The notes under the pieces are model-generated. The model saw nothing but the letters and a program-made list of their open reading frames with translations. It ran no database searches and had not been told where the DNA came from. Source: an uncultured Actinomycetes bacterium (GTDB taxonomy: Bacteria; Actinomycetota; Thermoleophilia; Gaiellales; JAICJC01). Taken from it: 64,000 nucleotides of DNA. The stretch is taken from positions 42,815 through 106,814 of the forward strand of contig CAWEYE010000006.1 in assembly GCA_963813245.1 (NCBI GenBank), written 5' to 3'. The stretch's first letter is position 1. Every line of letters starts with the position of its first letter. Shown piece by piece: positions 50,868 to 59,109 of the stretch. A program made the position numbers and the translations under genes.

Positions 50868-52008
50868 ATGCGTTTGCCGATCGGGTACCTGTTCACGACG
50901 GCCACCGTGGCGTGGCTCACCTTCTTCGCCGTGGTCGTCCCGCCGCCGAAGACGGCGAGCCCGTCGAGGCTGCGCAACTGGTTCGGGTTCATGATCAACG
51001 AGCTGCCGGGGATCGCCTTCTGCTGGCTGCTTGCCTCGACGCTGCTCGCGTGGAGCGAGGGCGATCTCGCCTCGGCGGCCGGACGGGTGGGGCTGGCGGT
51101 GGCCGGGGTGACGGCGCTCGGGCTCGTGCTCGCCGCCTGGTGGGGTGCGCGGGCGGGCGGCGCGGTCGAGCGCGCGCTGGCCGAGGGCCTTGCCGGCCGG
51201 CCCGCTGCGGGGAGCGGCCGCCGACCGCCGCTCGCCGCGAGCCTGCTCGCGCCGTTTGGCGTGCGCCGGCGCGACGTCGAGCGGCTGGCGGACATCGCCT
51301 ACGGCGACGCGGGCGAGTGGAACACGCTCGATGTGTACCGGCGCCGCTCGCAGCCGTCGGACTGCCCGACGCTGGTGTACCTGCACGGCGGAGGGTTCCG
51401 CAGCGGGCGCAAGAGCCGCGAGGCGCGGCTCGTTGCTGTATCGGCTGGCCGGCCGGGGATGGGTGTGCATCAGCGCGAACTACCGGTTGAGCCCCGCCGC
51501 ACGGTTCCCCGACCACCTGGTCGACGCGAAGAAGGTGATCGCGTGGGTGCGCGAGCACGGCGCGCGGTACGGCGCCGACGCTTCCATCCTCGTCGTCGCG
51601 GGCAGCTCGGCCGGGGGCAACCTCGCCGCGACCGCCGCCCTGACGCCCAACGACCCCCGCTTCCAGGCGGGCTTCGAAGCCACGGACACATCGGTCACGG
51701 CCGCCGTCTGCCAGTACGCCTACTACGGCCACTACCACGGCGCCGACCCCGGCGAGGCGTCATCCCCGCTCGCCTACGTCCGCGCGGACGCGCCGCCGTT
51801 CTTCGTCGCCCACGGCGATCGGGACATGCTGGTGCCTGCTGCCGACGCCCGGGAGTTCGCGCGCACGCTGCGGGCGGTGTCGGCGAATCCCGTGATCTAC
51901 GCCGAGCTGCCCGGTGGGCAGCACACCTTCGACCTCTACCGGTCGATCCGCTACGGCTACGTCGTCAACGGCATCGAGGCGTTCGCCGAATGGGCGCGGA
52001 CGGCGTGA
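50868..52008 (+). pseudogene. Membrane-anchored alpha/beta-hydrolase (esterase/lipase, HGGG type), one frameshift near 51429
   Basis: ORF 50868..52013 reads ...TLVYLHGGGFRSGRKSREAR and then degenerates. ORF 51145..52008 carries the continuation SLLYRLAGRGWVCISANYRLSP...VVAGSSAGGNLA (nucleophile elbow)...FFVAHGDRD...GGQHTFD. An extra C at about 51429 separates the Arg and Ser codons. Confidence 0.8.
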
Positions 52009-52009
52009 C

Positions 52010-53260
52010 CTAGAACCCAGCGATGCCGTTCGGCGTGCCGAGCCCCGTGGGCAGGTCGAAGCCGATCCCGGCGTTGCACTGGATCGTGGCGGCGCAGGGG
52101 AGGCCGGCGTTGCCGGGCAGGTCGTCCCCGCTCGTCACGTCGTGCAGCGACGCGGTGTGGGCGTACGGGATCGACGCCGGGTAGTTGGAGATGTTGGCGT
52201 TCGCCGCCAGGCCGTACACGCCCGCGATCAGCGGAGCGGAGAGGCTCGTGCCGCCGACCTGCATCCATCCGTACGCCGAGTCGTAGACGGCGGCGCCGGT
52301 GTTCGGGTCGCCGTCGGCGGAGACATCGTTCATCGCCCGGAAGCTGCCGCAGCCGGTTGCGGCCCAGTTCGTGAGCGCGGTCTGCCACGAGCGGGCGACG
52401 GAGGCGTTGTCGCAGCCGCTGCCGGTGGCGTCCTGGCCGGGGCCGTTGTTCCACACGGTCTCGCCGGCGTACGTGTTGCCTGCGCCGAGCTGCAGGTTCG
52501 TGCCGCCCACCGCCACGACCGTGTTCAGGTCGGCGGGGAAGGCCGGGCCGAAGCCGCTGTCACCGGCCGAGACGACGATCGCGTGGCCAGGGTGGTTGTA
52601 GTACGAGGCGGCGCCGCCGGCCGATGCCGACTGCGTCGGGTAGGAGCCGTAGCTGTTGGAGACGACGTTCGCGCCCTTCGTGACGGCCGTGTTCACCGCG
52701 GTGCCGAGATCGGACATGCTCGAGGAGCTCGCCTCGACCAGGAGGAGCTTGCAGTTCTGGCAGATCTCGTGCGCGGCCTGCACGTCGAGCGAGATCTCGA
52801 CGTCCCAGCCCGACGGCACGCCCGAGGCCGGCAGCGTGGTGCCGCCGATCTGGTTCATCACCTGGAAGCAGGCCGAGGTCACCTTCGTCGTGCACTTGGG
52901 GAAGGCGGGCAGGCCGAACGTGGTGTCGAACTTCGTCAGGTCGGCGAAGGCCGTCGGGTCGTTGTAGGCGTCGACGATCGCGATCGTCTGCTGCTTGCGC
53001 GCCTTCTTCGCGGCGGTGGCGTACGGAGTCACCTTCGGGAGCGCGTACGCCTTGTGGAACTGCGCCGGCCCGTAGCCGGACGGCAGGACGAAGGGCGCGA
53101 GCGCGGGCTGCATGCGCGGGCCGGTCTCGATCTGGGCGAAGCAGCGCATCATCCCCGGCGCCGGGGCGGCGCACGCCGCGCGGGTCTGGGCCTGGGCGGC
53201 GGCGGGGAGGGCGGCGGCTGCCAGCGCAGCGACCAGCGGCAGCAGGCTGACTCGTCTCAT
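52010..53260 (-). CDS. Secreted S53 (sedolisin/kumamolisin-like) serine peptidase
   Basis: ATG 53260 (MRRVSLLPLVAALAAAALPAAAQA, signal) lies inside ORF 52010..53323. Pro-domain, then QTIAIVDAYNDPTAFADLTKFDTTFGLP, SAGDSG and the catalytic GGTSLSAPLIAG. Confidence 0.85.
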   Translation of the reverse strand: MRRVSLLPLVAALAAAALPAAAQAQTRAACAAPAPGMMRCFAQIETGPRMQPALAPFVLPSGYGPAQFHKAYALPKVTPYATAAKKARKQQTIAIVDAYNDPTAFADLTKFDTTFGLPAFPKCTTKVTSACFQVMNQIGGTTLPASGVPSGWDVEISLDVQAAHEICQNCKLLLVEASSSSMSDLGTAVNTAVTKGANVVSNSYGSYPTQSASAGGAASYYNHPGHAIVVSAGDSGFGPAFPADLNTVVAVGGTNLQLGAGNTYAGETVWNNGPGQDATGSGCDNASVARSWQTALTNWAATGCGSFRAMNDVSADGDPNTGAAVYDSAYGWMQVGGTSLSAPLIAGVYGLAANANISNYPASIPYAHTASLHDVTSGDDLPGNAGLPCAATIQCNAGIGFDLPTGLGTPNGIAGF

Positions 53261-53342
53261 GCATCCATCCTTGGAAGAGGGGCTCCTCCATCCCACGGTA
53301 CGCAGGAAGCGGGAGCGCTCCATCCCCCGGACGGGGTGGCCG

Positions 53343-54098
53343 TCAGTCGGTCGCGAGCAGCGCGGAGGCGGCGCCTCCGAGCGAGCGCAGCGCCTCTGGC
53401 ACCGAGCACGAGATGCAGGTGAAGATGGGCGTGTCGCGCTCGGTGTAGCGGCTGGCCTCGGTCTCGCGCAGCGTCATCATGAGGTCGAGGAAGTCGCCCA
53501 CGAAGTCGGTCTCGAACGCGACCACGAACTCCTGGTCGTCGATCCCGAACGAGTAGGTGGTGTTGATCTTCACCGTCGGGAATTGGTGGCCGGCGGCGAT
53601 GTGCTCGTTCATGATCCCCTGCCGGGCCGGCTTGGAGAGCTGGTACCAGGCGCGGGTCTTCACCATCGGGTAGATCAGCAGGTACTTCGAGTCCGGGTTC
53701 CACATGATCCGGCCGCGCTTGTGCATCGAGCGGCCCTCACCCTTGACGTACTGCGAGCGGCGCGTCATCGACAGGTACGCATACGGCGTGGTCAGGTACC
53801 CGCCCATGCCCGTGGACATGACGGCCGTGCCGAGCTCCTGGAAGTCCTCGAGCCGCTCCGACACCTTCCACAGCATGAAGTCGGCGTCGGGGCGCAGCCC
53901 GGCAACGGTGTATGACCGCAGCGCGAACCGCTCGCCGAACGACTCGATGGTCGCGGCCAGCTCGGCTCGCGACGCCTCCTGCTCGGCCTCGGGCAGCCGC
54001 CGCCAGGCGGGGTCGAGCTTGTAGAAGGAGAAGTGCACGAACTGGCGATCTTCGCCCGCCGAGTTGTTGGGGCTGGTGCCGTTCTCGCTCATCTGCAT
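53343..54098 (-). CDS. hemQ: Chlorite-dismutase-family coproheme decarboxylase (HemQ/ChdC)
   Basis: ATG 54098 or ATG 54092 lies inside ORF 53343..54890. FVHFSFYKLDPAWRRL..., YLLIYPMVKTRAWYQL and MNEHIAAGHQF are typical of actinobacterial HemQ. Confidence 0.88.
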   Translation of the reverse strand: MQMSENGTSPNNSAGEDRQFVHFSFYKLDPAWRRLPEAEQEASRAELAATIESFGERFALRSYTVAGLRPDADFMLWKVSERLEDFQELGTAVMSTGMGGYLTTPYAYLSMTRRSQYVKGEGRSMHKRGRIMWNPDSKYLLIYPMVKTRAWYQLSKPARQGIMNEHIAAGHQFPTVKINTTYSFGIDDQEFVVAFETDFVGDFLDLMMTLRETEASRYTERDTPIFTCISCSVPEALRSLGGAASALLATD

Positions 54099-54143
54099 CG
54101 ATCGTAGCAGGCGATTCCTGACACTCCCGCAACGCCGCGGGCG

Positions 54144-54515
54144 TTGTTCCGTGACCGCCGCCGGGCCTACGTTGGGCCGGTGGCACGAGGCGGACACCAA
54201 GAGCGCGCACAGGCGAGCGTCGAGACCGTCGCGCTCATCCCCGTGCTCATGATCCTGACCGTCGCGGTGTGGCAGGCGGTGCTGGCGGGCTGGGCGCTCG
54301 TCTCGGCCGAGTCCGCCGCCCGCGCGGCCGCGCGCGCGACGCTGGCCGGGTCGCCGCCGCGGCCGGCTGCGCTCGCCGCGCTGCCCGCCGGCATGCGCAG
54401 CGGCGCCGGCGTGCGCCTCGCCGGCCGTACGGTGACGGTGCGCGTGCGCATCCCCGCGGTCCTGCCCGGATTTGCTCTGGCCGTGTCGGCGTCGGCCGCG
54501 GCGGTGCGGCAGTGA
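54144..54515 (+). CDS. TadE-like pseudopilin (Flp pilus assembly)
   Basis: ORF 54144..54515 (TTG; GTG 54180 is a plausible alternative start). ERAQASVETVALIPVLMILTVAVWQAVLAGWA is the TadE/TadG N-terminal signature. Confidence 0.7.
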   Translation: MFRDRRRAYVGPVARGGHQERAQASVETVALIPVLMILTVAVWQAVLAGWALVSAESAARAAARATLAGSPPRPAALAALPAGMRSGAGVRLAGRTVTVRVRIPAVLPGFALAVSASAAAVRQ

Positions 54516-54805
54516 GGGGCGAGCGCGGACAGGCGACGGTCGAGCTCGTGGCGCTCGCCGCGGCGTTCGCGGTCGCCGCCGTCTGCCTGCACGCGCTGCT
54601 CGTCCTGTGGGCCGCCCAGAGCCGGGCTCAGGGCATCGCCGACCAGGCGGCCGTGCTCGTGGCGGAGGGCCGTCCCGTCCCCGCCGCGCTGCGGCGCGAC
54701 GCCGACATCCGCCGCTCGGGCCGTTCCCTGGTGGTGCGCATGCCGGTCTCGCTCGCGGGCGGGATCGGCCGCACCGACGCCGTCGCGCGGGCGGCCCTGC
54801 CGTGA
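54512..54805 (+). CDS. Second TadE-like pseudopilin
   Basis: GTG 54512 overlaps the preceding stop (GTGA). VRGERGQATVELVALAAAFAVAAVCLHALLVLW. This is the tail of ORF 54269..54805. Confidence 0.65.
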   Translation: MRGERGQATVELVALAAAFAVAAVCLHALLVLWAAQSRAQGIADQAAVLVAEGRPVPAALRRDADIRRSGRSLVVRMPVSLAGGIGRTDAVARAALP

Positions 54806-56589
54806 GCGAGCGGGGCCAGATCTCGGTGGCCGCGATCGCCGCCCTCACTGTGGTGCTCCTGGGAGGCGTGCTCGCGGGGTATCTGAGCATGGTCGCCGTC
54901 GGGGGTGGGCATGCGCAGCGCGCCGCCGACCTGGCGGCGATCGCCGCCGCCGGCCGCCTCGGCGCCGATCCCGAGGCCCGGCCGGCGGCCCTGCAACGCG
55001 TCGCCGCGGACAGCGCGCGCCGAAACGGCGCCCGGATCGTGTCGCTGCGGGTCGTCCGCGCGGGCGGTGTGCCGCGGGCGGTCGACGTCGCCGTCTCGGT
55101 GGCGGTGCGCGGCTCGGTGCCGGTCGCTGGGCAGCAGCGCCGGCGGGTGGTGGCCAGGGCCCGGGCGGGCGTCGAGTTCTCGGCGGCGTCCGCGGCCGGC
55201 GCGTTTCGCCCGATCGCGCTCCACGGCGCCCGCGGCCCGCTGGCGGCCGTTGCAGCGGCTGAGGCCCAGGTGGGGTGGCCGTACCTGTGGGGCGGCGAGA
55301 GCCGGGCCGAGGGCGGCTTTGACTGCTCGGGGCTCGTGGACTTCGCCTACGCGGCGGCCGGCGACCCCCTGCCGGGCCGCCCCACCGCGGCCGACCTGTG
55401 GCGGCTCTCGGCGCCGGAGCCGGCGGGCGCGCTCGCACCCGCCGATCTCGTCTTCCTGGGAGCCGCCTCCGGCGCTCCCCACCACGTCGGCATGTACGTG
55501 GGCGATGGGATGGTGGTCGTCGCGCCGCACACGGGCGCGCGGGTGCGCTTCGAGCCGCTCGCCGCCGGCGGCTGGGACGGGTTCGGCAGGCTGATGCAGG
55601 CCGGGGCGGGGGTGTCTGTGGCCGACCCGGCGGTCGAGGCGGCCGCGCGCGCCCACCAGGTGCCGCCGGATGCGCTCGCGGCGGAGCTGCGGCTGGGCCT
55701 CGCCACCGACCCCGCCGCCGCGGCGACTGCGCTCGCGGCCGGCCTGCGCCGCCACCGGGGCGACCTGGCGGCCGCGCTCGGCGACGCCCTGGGCGATCGC
55801 TCGGCGGGCGCATTCGTGCTGCGCTCGGCATCCGGGAGCGGCCTCGCGGGGTTCTCGGCCGGTGTGCGCCTGCTGCCGGTGCCGATCGACGCGTCTTCGG
55901 CGTCCGCGGACGCGCCGTTACCGCCCTCCGGCGGCTCGGGCCTCGATGTGCCCGGCGCGGCGGCGACCGCCGGCAGGGGCCTCGAGCGCGTGGCGGAGCA
56001 GGTCGACCACCTCGGCGCGAAGCTGGCGGTCCAGGCCGTCGCCGGCTTCCGCAACGTGCTGCGGTTCGGGCTCACCGGGGCGGCGACATTCCTGCCCGAC
56101 CCGCATCTGCGCAACGTCGCCACGATCGCGGGCGCCGCGTGGGACGCCGTCGAGAGCGGGCTCGGCGCGGTGCACGGCGGCGTCGAGCTGCACGGCTACG
56201 CGTTGTGGGCGGGGCGGGTGACGATCCCGCTCGGGCTCACCTTCGCCGGGATCTACGCGTGGCAGGCCTGGACGGCCCGGCGGCGGGAGGATCAGCTCTG
56301 GCTCGGCGCGCAGGCGGCGAGCGGCCTGCTCACCTCGGTGGGGGCGATGAGCGCGGGCACCGGCCTGATCATGGCGGGGGCGGGCACGGCCGAGGTGCCG
56401 CCGCTGGGCGCCGGGCTGATGTTCCTGGGGGTGGTGGTGCTGGCCGGCGGCGCGATCTACCACGACCGCCGCTGGCTCGGCGGCCGGCTGCACAGCGGAG
56501 TGGGGTGGGTGCGCGACACGGCCGCGCGAGCGGCCGGCGCCGTCCTCGACGCCGGCCGCTCCGTGGCAAGCGCGCTGAACCCCTTCTAA
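54802..56589 (+). CDS. Fusion protein: TadG/Rv3654c-like pseudopilin N-terminus + NlpC/P60 (C40) peptidase + C-terminal polytopic membrane region
   Basis: GTG 54802 overlaps the preceding stop (GTGA). VSERGQISVAAIAALTVVLLGG...HAQRAADLAAIAAAGRLG is the actinobacterial TadE-like 'secretion neighbourhood' pattern. GWPYLWGGESRAEGGFDCSGLVDFAY...HHVGMYVGDGMVVVAPHTGARV is the NlpC/P60 Cys-His core. The last ~200 aa contain 3-4 hydrophobic helices. Confidence 0.75.
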   Translation: MSERGQISVAAIAALTVVLLGGVLAGYLSMVAVGGGHAQRAADLAAIAAAGRLGADPEARPAALQRVAADSARRNGARIVSLRVVRAGGVPRAVDVAVSVAVRGSVPVAGQQRRRVVARARAGVEFSAASAAGAFRPIALHGARGPLAAVAAAEAQVGWPYLWGGESRAEGGFDCSGLVDFAYAAAGDPLPGRPTAADLWRLSAPEPAGALAPADLVFLGAASGAPHHVGMYVGDGMVVVAPHTGARVRFEPLAAGGWDGFGRLMQAGAGVSVADPAVEAAARAHQVPPDALAAELRLGLATDPAAAATALAAGLRRHRGDLAAALGDALGDRSAGAFVLRSASGSGLAGFSAGVRLLPVPIDASSASADAPLPPSGGSGLDVPGAAATAGRGLERVAEQVDHLGAKLAVQAVAGFRNVLRFGLTGAATFLPDPHLRNVATIAGAAWDAVESGLGAVHGGVELHGYALWAGRVTIPLGLTFAGIYAWQAWTARRREDQLWLGAQAASGLLTSVGAMSAGTGLIMAGAGTAEVPPLGAGLMFLGVVVLAGGAIYHDRRWLGGRLHSGVGWVRDTAARAAGAVLDAGRSVASALNPF

Positions 56590-57112
56590 GCGGCCTACGT
56601 GCCGCGGCCGTCGTCGGCGCGACCACCTGGTCGACGCCGCCCGTGCGGACGTCGTAGATGTAGCCCGAGACCGGGATCGAATCGGCGATCAGCGGCGACC
56701 CGAGGATCGCGGCAACATCGTCGCGGACGCTCTGCTCGAGGTCGGGGAACGGCAGGAAGTCGATGTGCGAGGCGTCCTCGCCCGTCTCCTCGCGCAGCTT
56801 GGCGTGCAGATCGGAGTTCGAGAACGTCAGCATGCCGCAGTCGGTGTGGTGGATGACGACGAACTCGTTCGTGCCCAGCAGGCGCGACGAGATCACGAGC
56901 GAGCGCAGCGCGTCGTCGGAGACGCGGCCGCCGGCGTTGCGGATCATGTGGGCGTCGCCGATCTCGAGGCCGAGCGCGGTCTCGGGATGGATGCGGGCGT
57001 CCATGCAGGTGACGATGGCCACCTTGCGGGCCGGCGGCATCGGCGTTTCTCCGGCGGCGAAGCTGTTCTGGAAGGCGCGGTTGGCCGCGAGCATTCCGTC
57101 GAGTTCTGACAC
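56369..57112 (-). CDS. Beta-class carbonic anhydrase; the 3' ~75 codons of the ORF are probably not genuine
   Basis: ORF 56369..57112 (GTG 57112; ATG 57094 is an alternative). KVAIVTCMDARI and HHTDCGM are the zinc ligands, ending ...GYIYDVRTGGVDQVV near 56625. The remaining Arg/Pro-rich tail overlaps the convergent gene by 221 nt. A TAG at 56595-56597 in another frame would give a normal ~172-aa protein. Confidence 0.8.
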   Translation of the reverse strand: MSELDGMLAANRAFQNSFAAGETPMPPARKVAIVTCMDARIHPETALGLEIGDAHMIRNAGGRVSDDALRSLVISSRLLGTNEFVVIHHTDCGMLTFSNSDLHAKLREETGEDASHIDFLPFPDLEQSVRDDVAAILGSPLIADSIPVSGYIYDVRTGGVDQVVAPTTAAARRPLRRGSARLPRSGRRRGRRRPLARPCRAPTPLRCAAGRRASGGRGRSRRRPAPPPPGTSARRPAAAPRPCPPPP

Positions 57113-57196
57113 GTGAGTCCCCCTTGTTCGGTGGATGCGATGCTAGCACCTTTGGATCCAAACACGAGGGCGGCGATCGCGGGCCTCAAAGCTACG

Positions 57197-59074
57197 ATGG
57201 ACTGCATGTCAGCCGTCGCCCGCAGCGAGCGCAGCCAGCGCCTCGACGCCCAGCTCCGCGCCCTGCCCGACCAGCCCGGGGTGTACCTGTTCCGGGGCGG
57301 CGAGGGCGAGGTGCTGTACGTCGGCAAGGCCAAGTCGCTGCGCAAGCGGGTGGGGTCGTACTTCCGCCGCGACCTGCACGCGACGGTGAAGACGGCCGGC
57401 CTTGTCGAGCGGATCGAGGAGATCGAGTTCGTCGCCGCCGACTCCGAGACCGAGGCGCTCCTGCTCGAGCAGAACCTGATCAAGCGCCACCGGCCCGGCT
57501 TCAACATCCGCCTGCGCGACGACAAGTCCTACCCCTACATCGCGGTCACCGTCGGCGACGAGTACCCGCGGGTCATGTTCACGCGCGAGCGGCACCGCAA
57601 GGGCGTCCTCTACTTCGGCCCGTACGCGAGCGCGAAGAAGGTGCGCGAGACGCTCGACGTCCTGAACCGGGTGTTCCCCTATCGCCCGTGCGAGGGCCCG
57701 CAGCCGGGGCGCCGGTCGGGCATCCCCTGCCTCGACTACCACATCGGCCGGTGCGCGGCCCCGTGCGTCGGCTACATCACCCGGGAGGACTACGGCGTCG
57801 TCATCGACAGCGTGATCGAGTTCCTGTCGGGCCGGGCGCGGCCGCTGGAGCGGCGGCTCGAGGGCGAGATGAAGCGGGCCGCGAAGGAGCACGAGTTCGA
57901 GGACGCCGCCCGCTACCGCAACCGGCTGATGGCGGTGCGGCATCTGTCCGAGCGCCAGGTCGCCGACCGCCGCAGCATGGGCTCGGCCGACGTGCTCGGC
58001 ATCGCGTGCAGCGGCGACACCGCCAACGTTCAGCTCTTCCACCTGCGCGACGGGCGCCTGTCCGACCGGCACGGCTTCTACCTCGAGAACGCCGCCGACA
58101 GCACCCCGTCGGACGTCCTGTGGGGCTTCGCCCTGGAGTACTACGGCGGCCAGGTGGCGATCCCCGGGCAGGTGGTCGTGCCGGCCGGGTTCGAGGACGC
58201 CGATCTGCTGGAGGCGTTCCTGGGCGAGCGCCGCGGCGCGACCGTCGAGGTGCGCAGCGCCCGCCGAGGCGAGAAGCGCCGCCTGGCCGACCTGGCGGCC
58301 CGCAACGCCGAGCTCGCGCTCGAGCACGACACGCTCATGCGCGAGCGCACCAGGGCGCGGCGGATCGAGGCGCTCGAGGAGCTGCGCGAGGCGCTCAACC
58401 TCGAGGTGCTGCCGCTGCGGATCGAGTGCTTCGACATCTCCAACCTGGGCGAGTCAAACCCGGTCGCGTCGATGTCCGTCTTCGAGGACGCGGTCGCGAA
58501 GAAGTCCGACTACCGCAAGTTCACGATCCGCCACAGCGCCGGGCAGGACGACTTCGCCATGATCGCCGAGGCGGTGGGGCGCCGGTTCGCGCGCATGACG
58601 TCCGTCGATGCCGACGACTACGACCGCAGCTTCGCCACGGCGCCGAACCTCGTGGTGATCGATGGCGGCAAGGGTCAGCTCGGGGCGGCCGTCGAGGCGA
58701 TGGCCGGGTTCGAGCTGCCGCGCGTGGCCGTGATCTCGCTCGCCAAGCGGGTCGAGGAGGTGTTCGTCCCGGGGCGCTCGGCGCCGATCGTGCTCGACCG
58801 CACCTCGGCCGGCCTGCAGCTCTTGCAGCGCGTGCGCGACGAGGCCCACCGCTTCGCCGTCGGGTTCCACCGGCAGCGGCGGGCGAAGGCCAGCGTCGAC
58901 TCGATCTTCGACAGCCTGCCCGGCGTCGGCCCGGCCCGGCGGCGGCTGCTGATGCAGCGGTTCCGGACGGCCGACGAGCTCGTGAACGCGAGCCGCGACG
59001 ATCTCGAGTCGGTGCCGGGCCTGCCGGCCAAGGTCGGCCGCGGCGTCTACGCGGCGCTGCACCGCACCGACTGA
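57197..59074 (+). CDS. uvrC: Excinuclease ABC subunit C
   Basis: ATG 57197 or ATG 57206 lies inside ORF 57113..59074. GIY-YIG (PGVYLFRGGEGEVLYVGKAKSLRKRV), the UVR motif, the RNase-H-like endonuclease domain and a C-terminal HhH (LPGVGPARRRLLMQRF). Confidence 0.93.
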   Translation: MDCMSAVARSERSQRLDAQLRALPDQPGVYLFRGGEGEVLYVGKAKSLRKRVGSYFRRDLHATVKTAGLVERIEEIEFVAADSETEALLLEQNLIKRHRPGFNIRLRDDKSYPYIAVTVGDEYPRVMFTRERHRKGVLYFGPYASAKKVRETLDVLNRVFPYRPCEGPQPGRRSGIPCLDYHIGRCAAPCVGYITREDYGVVIDSVIEFLSGRARPLERRLEGEMKRAAKEHEFEDAARYRNRLMAVRHLSERQVADRRSMGSADVLGIACSGDTANVQLFHLRDGRLSDRHGFYLENAADSTPSDVLWGFALEYYGGQVAIPGQVVVPAGFEDADLLEAFLGERRGATVEVRSARRGEKRRLADLAARNAELALEHDTLMRERTRARRIEALEELREALNLEVLPLRIECFDISNLGESNPVASMSVFEDAVAKKSDYRKFTIRHSAGQDDFAMIAEAVGRRFARMTSVDADDYDRSFATAPNLVVIDGGKGQLGAAVEAMAGFELPRVAVISLAKRVEEVFVPGRSAPIVLDRTSAGLQLLQRVRDEAHRFAVGFHRQRRAKASVDSIFDSLPGVGPARRRLLMQRFRTADELVNASRDDLESVPGLPAKVGRGVYAALHRTD

Positions 59075-59109
59075 GCGAACCAACGCCCGTGCGCGGGCGT
59101 CCTAGTGGC

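Noticed and set aside
59083-59100. 7-bp hairpin ACGCCCG-tgcg-CGGGCGT after uvrC as a terminator
   Set aside because: It is short, has no U-tract, and lies only 10 nt before the next start codon on the same strand. That is too weak to call.
57124-59109. N-terminal ~660 aa of the 930-aa ORF 57124..59916
   Set aside because: This is an out-of-frame shadow of uvrC (Arg/Pro-rich). Only the part from ATG 59110 onward (signal peptide, coding-like) was kept.
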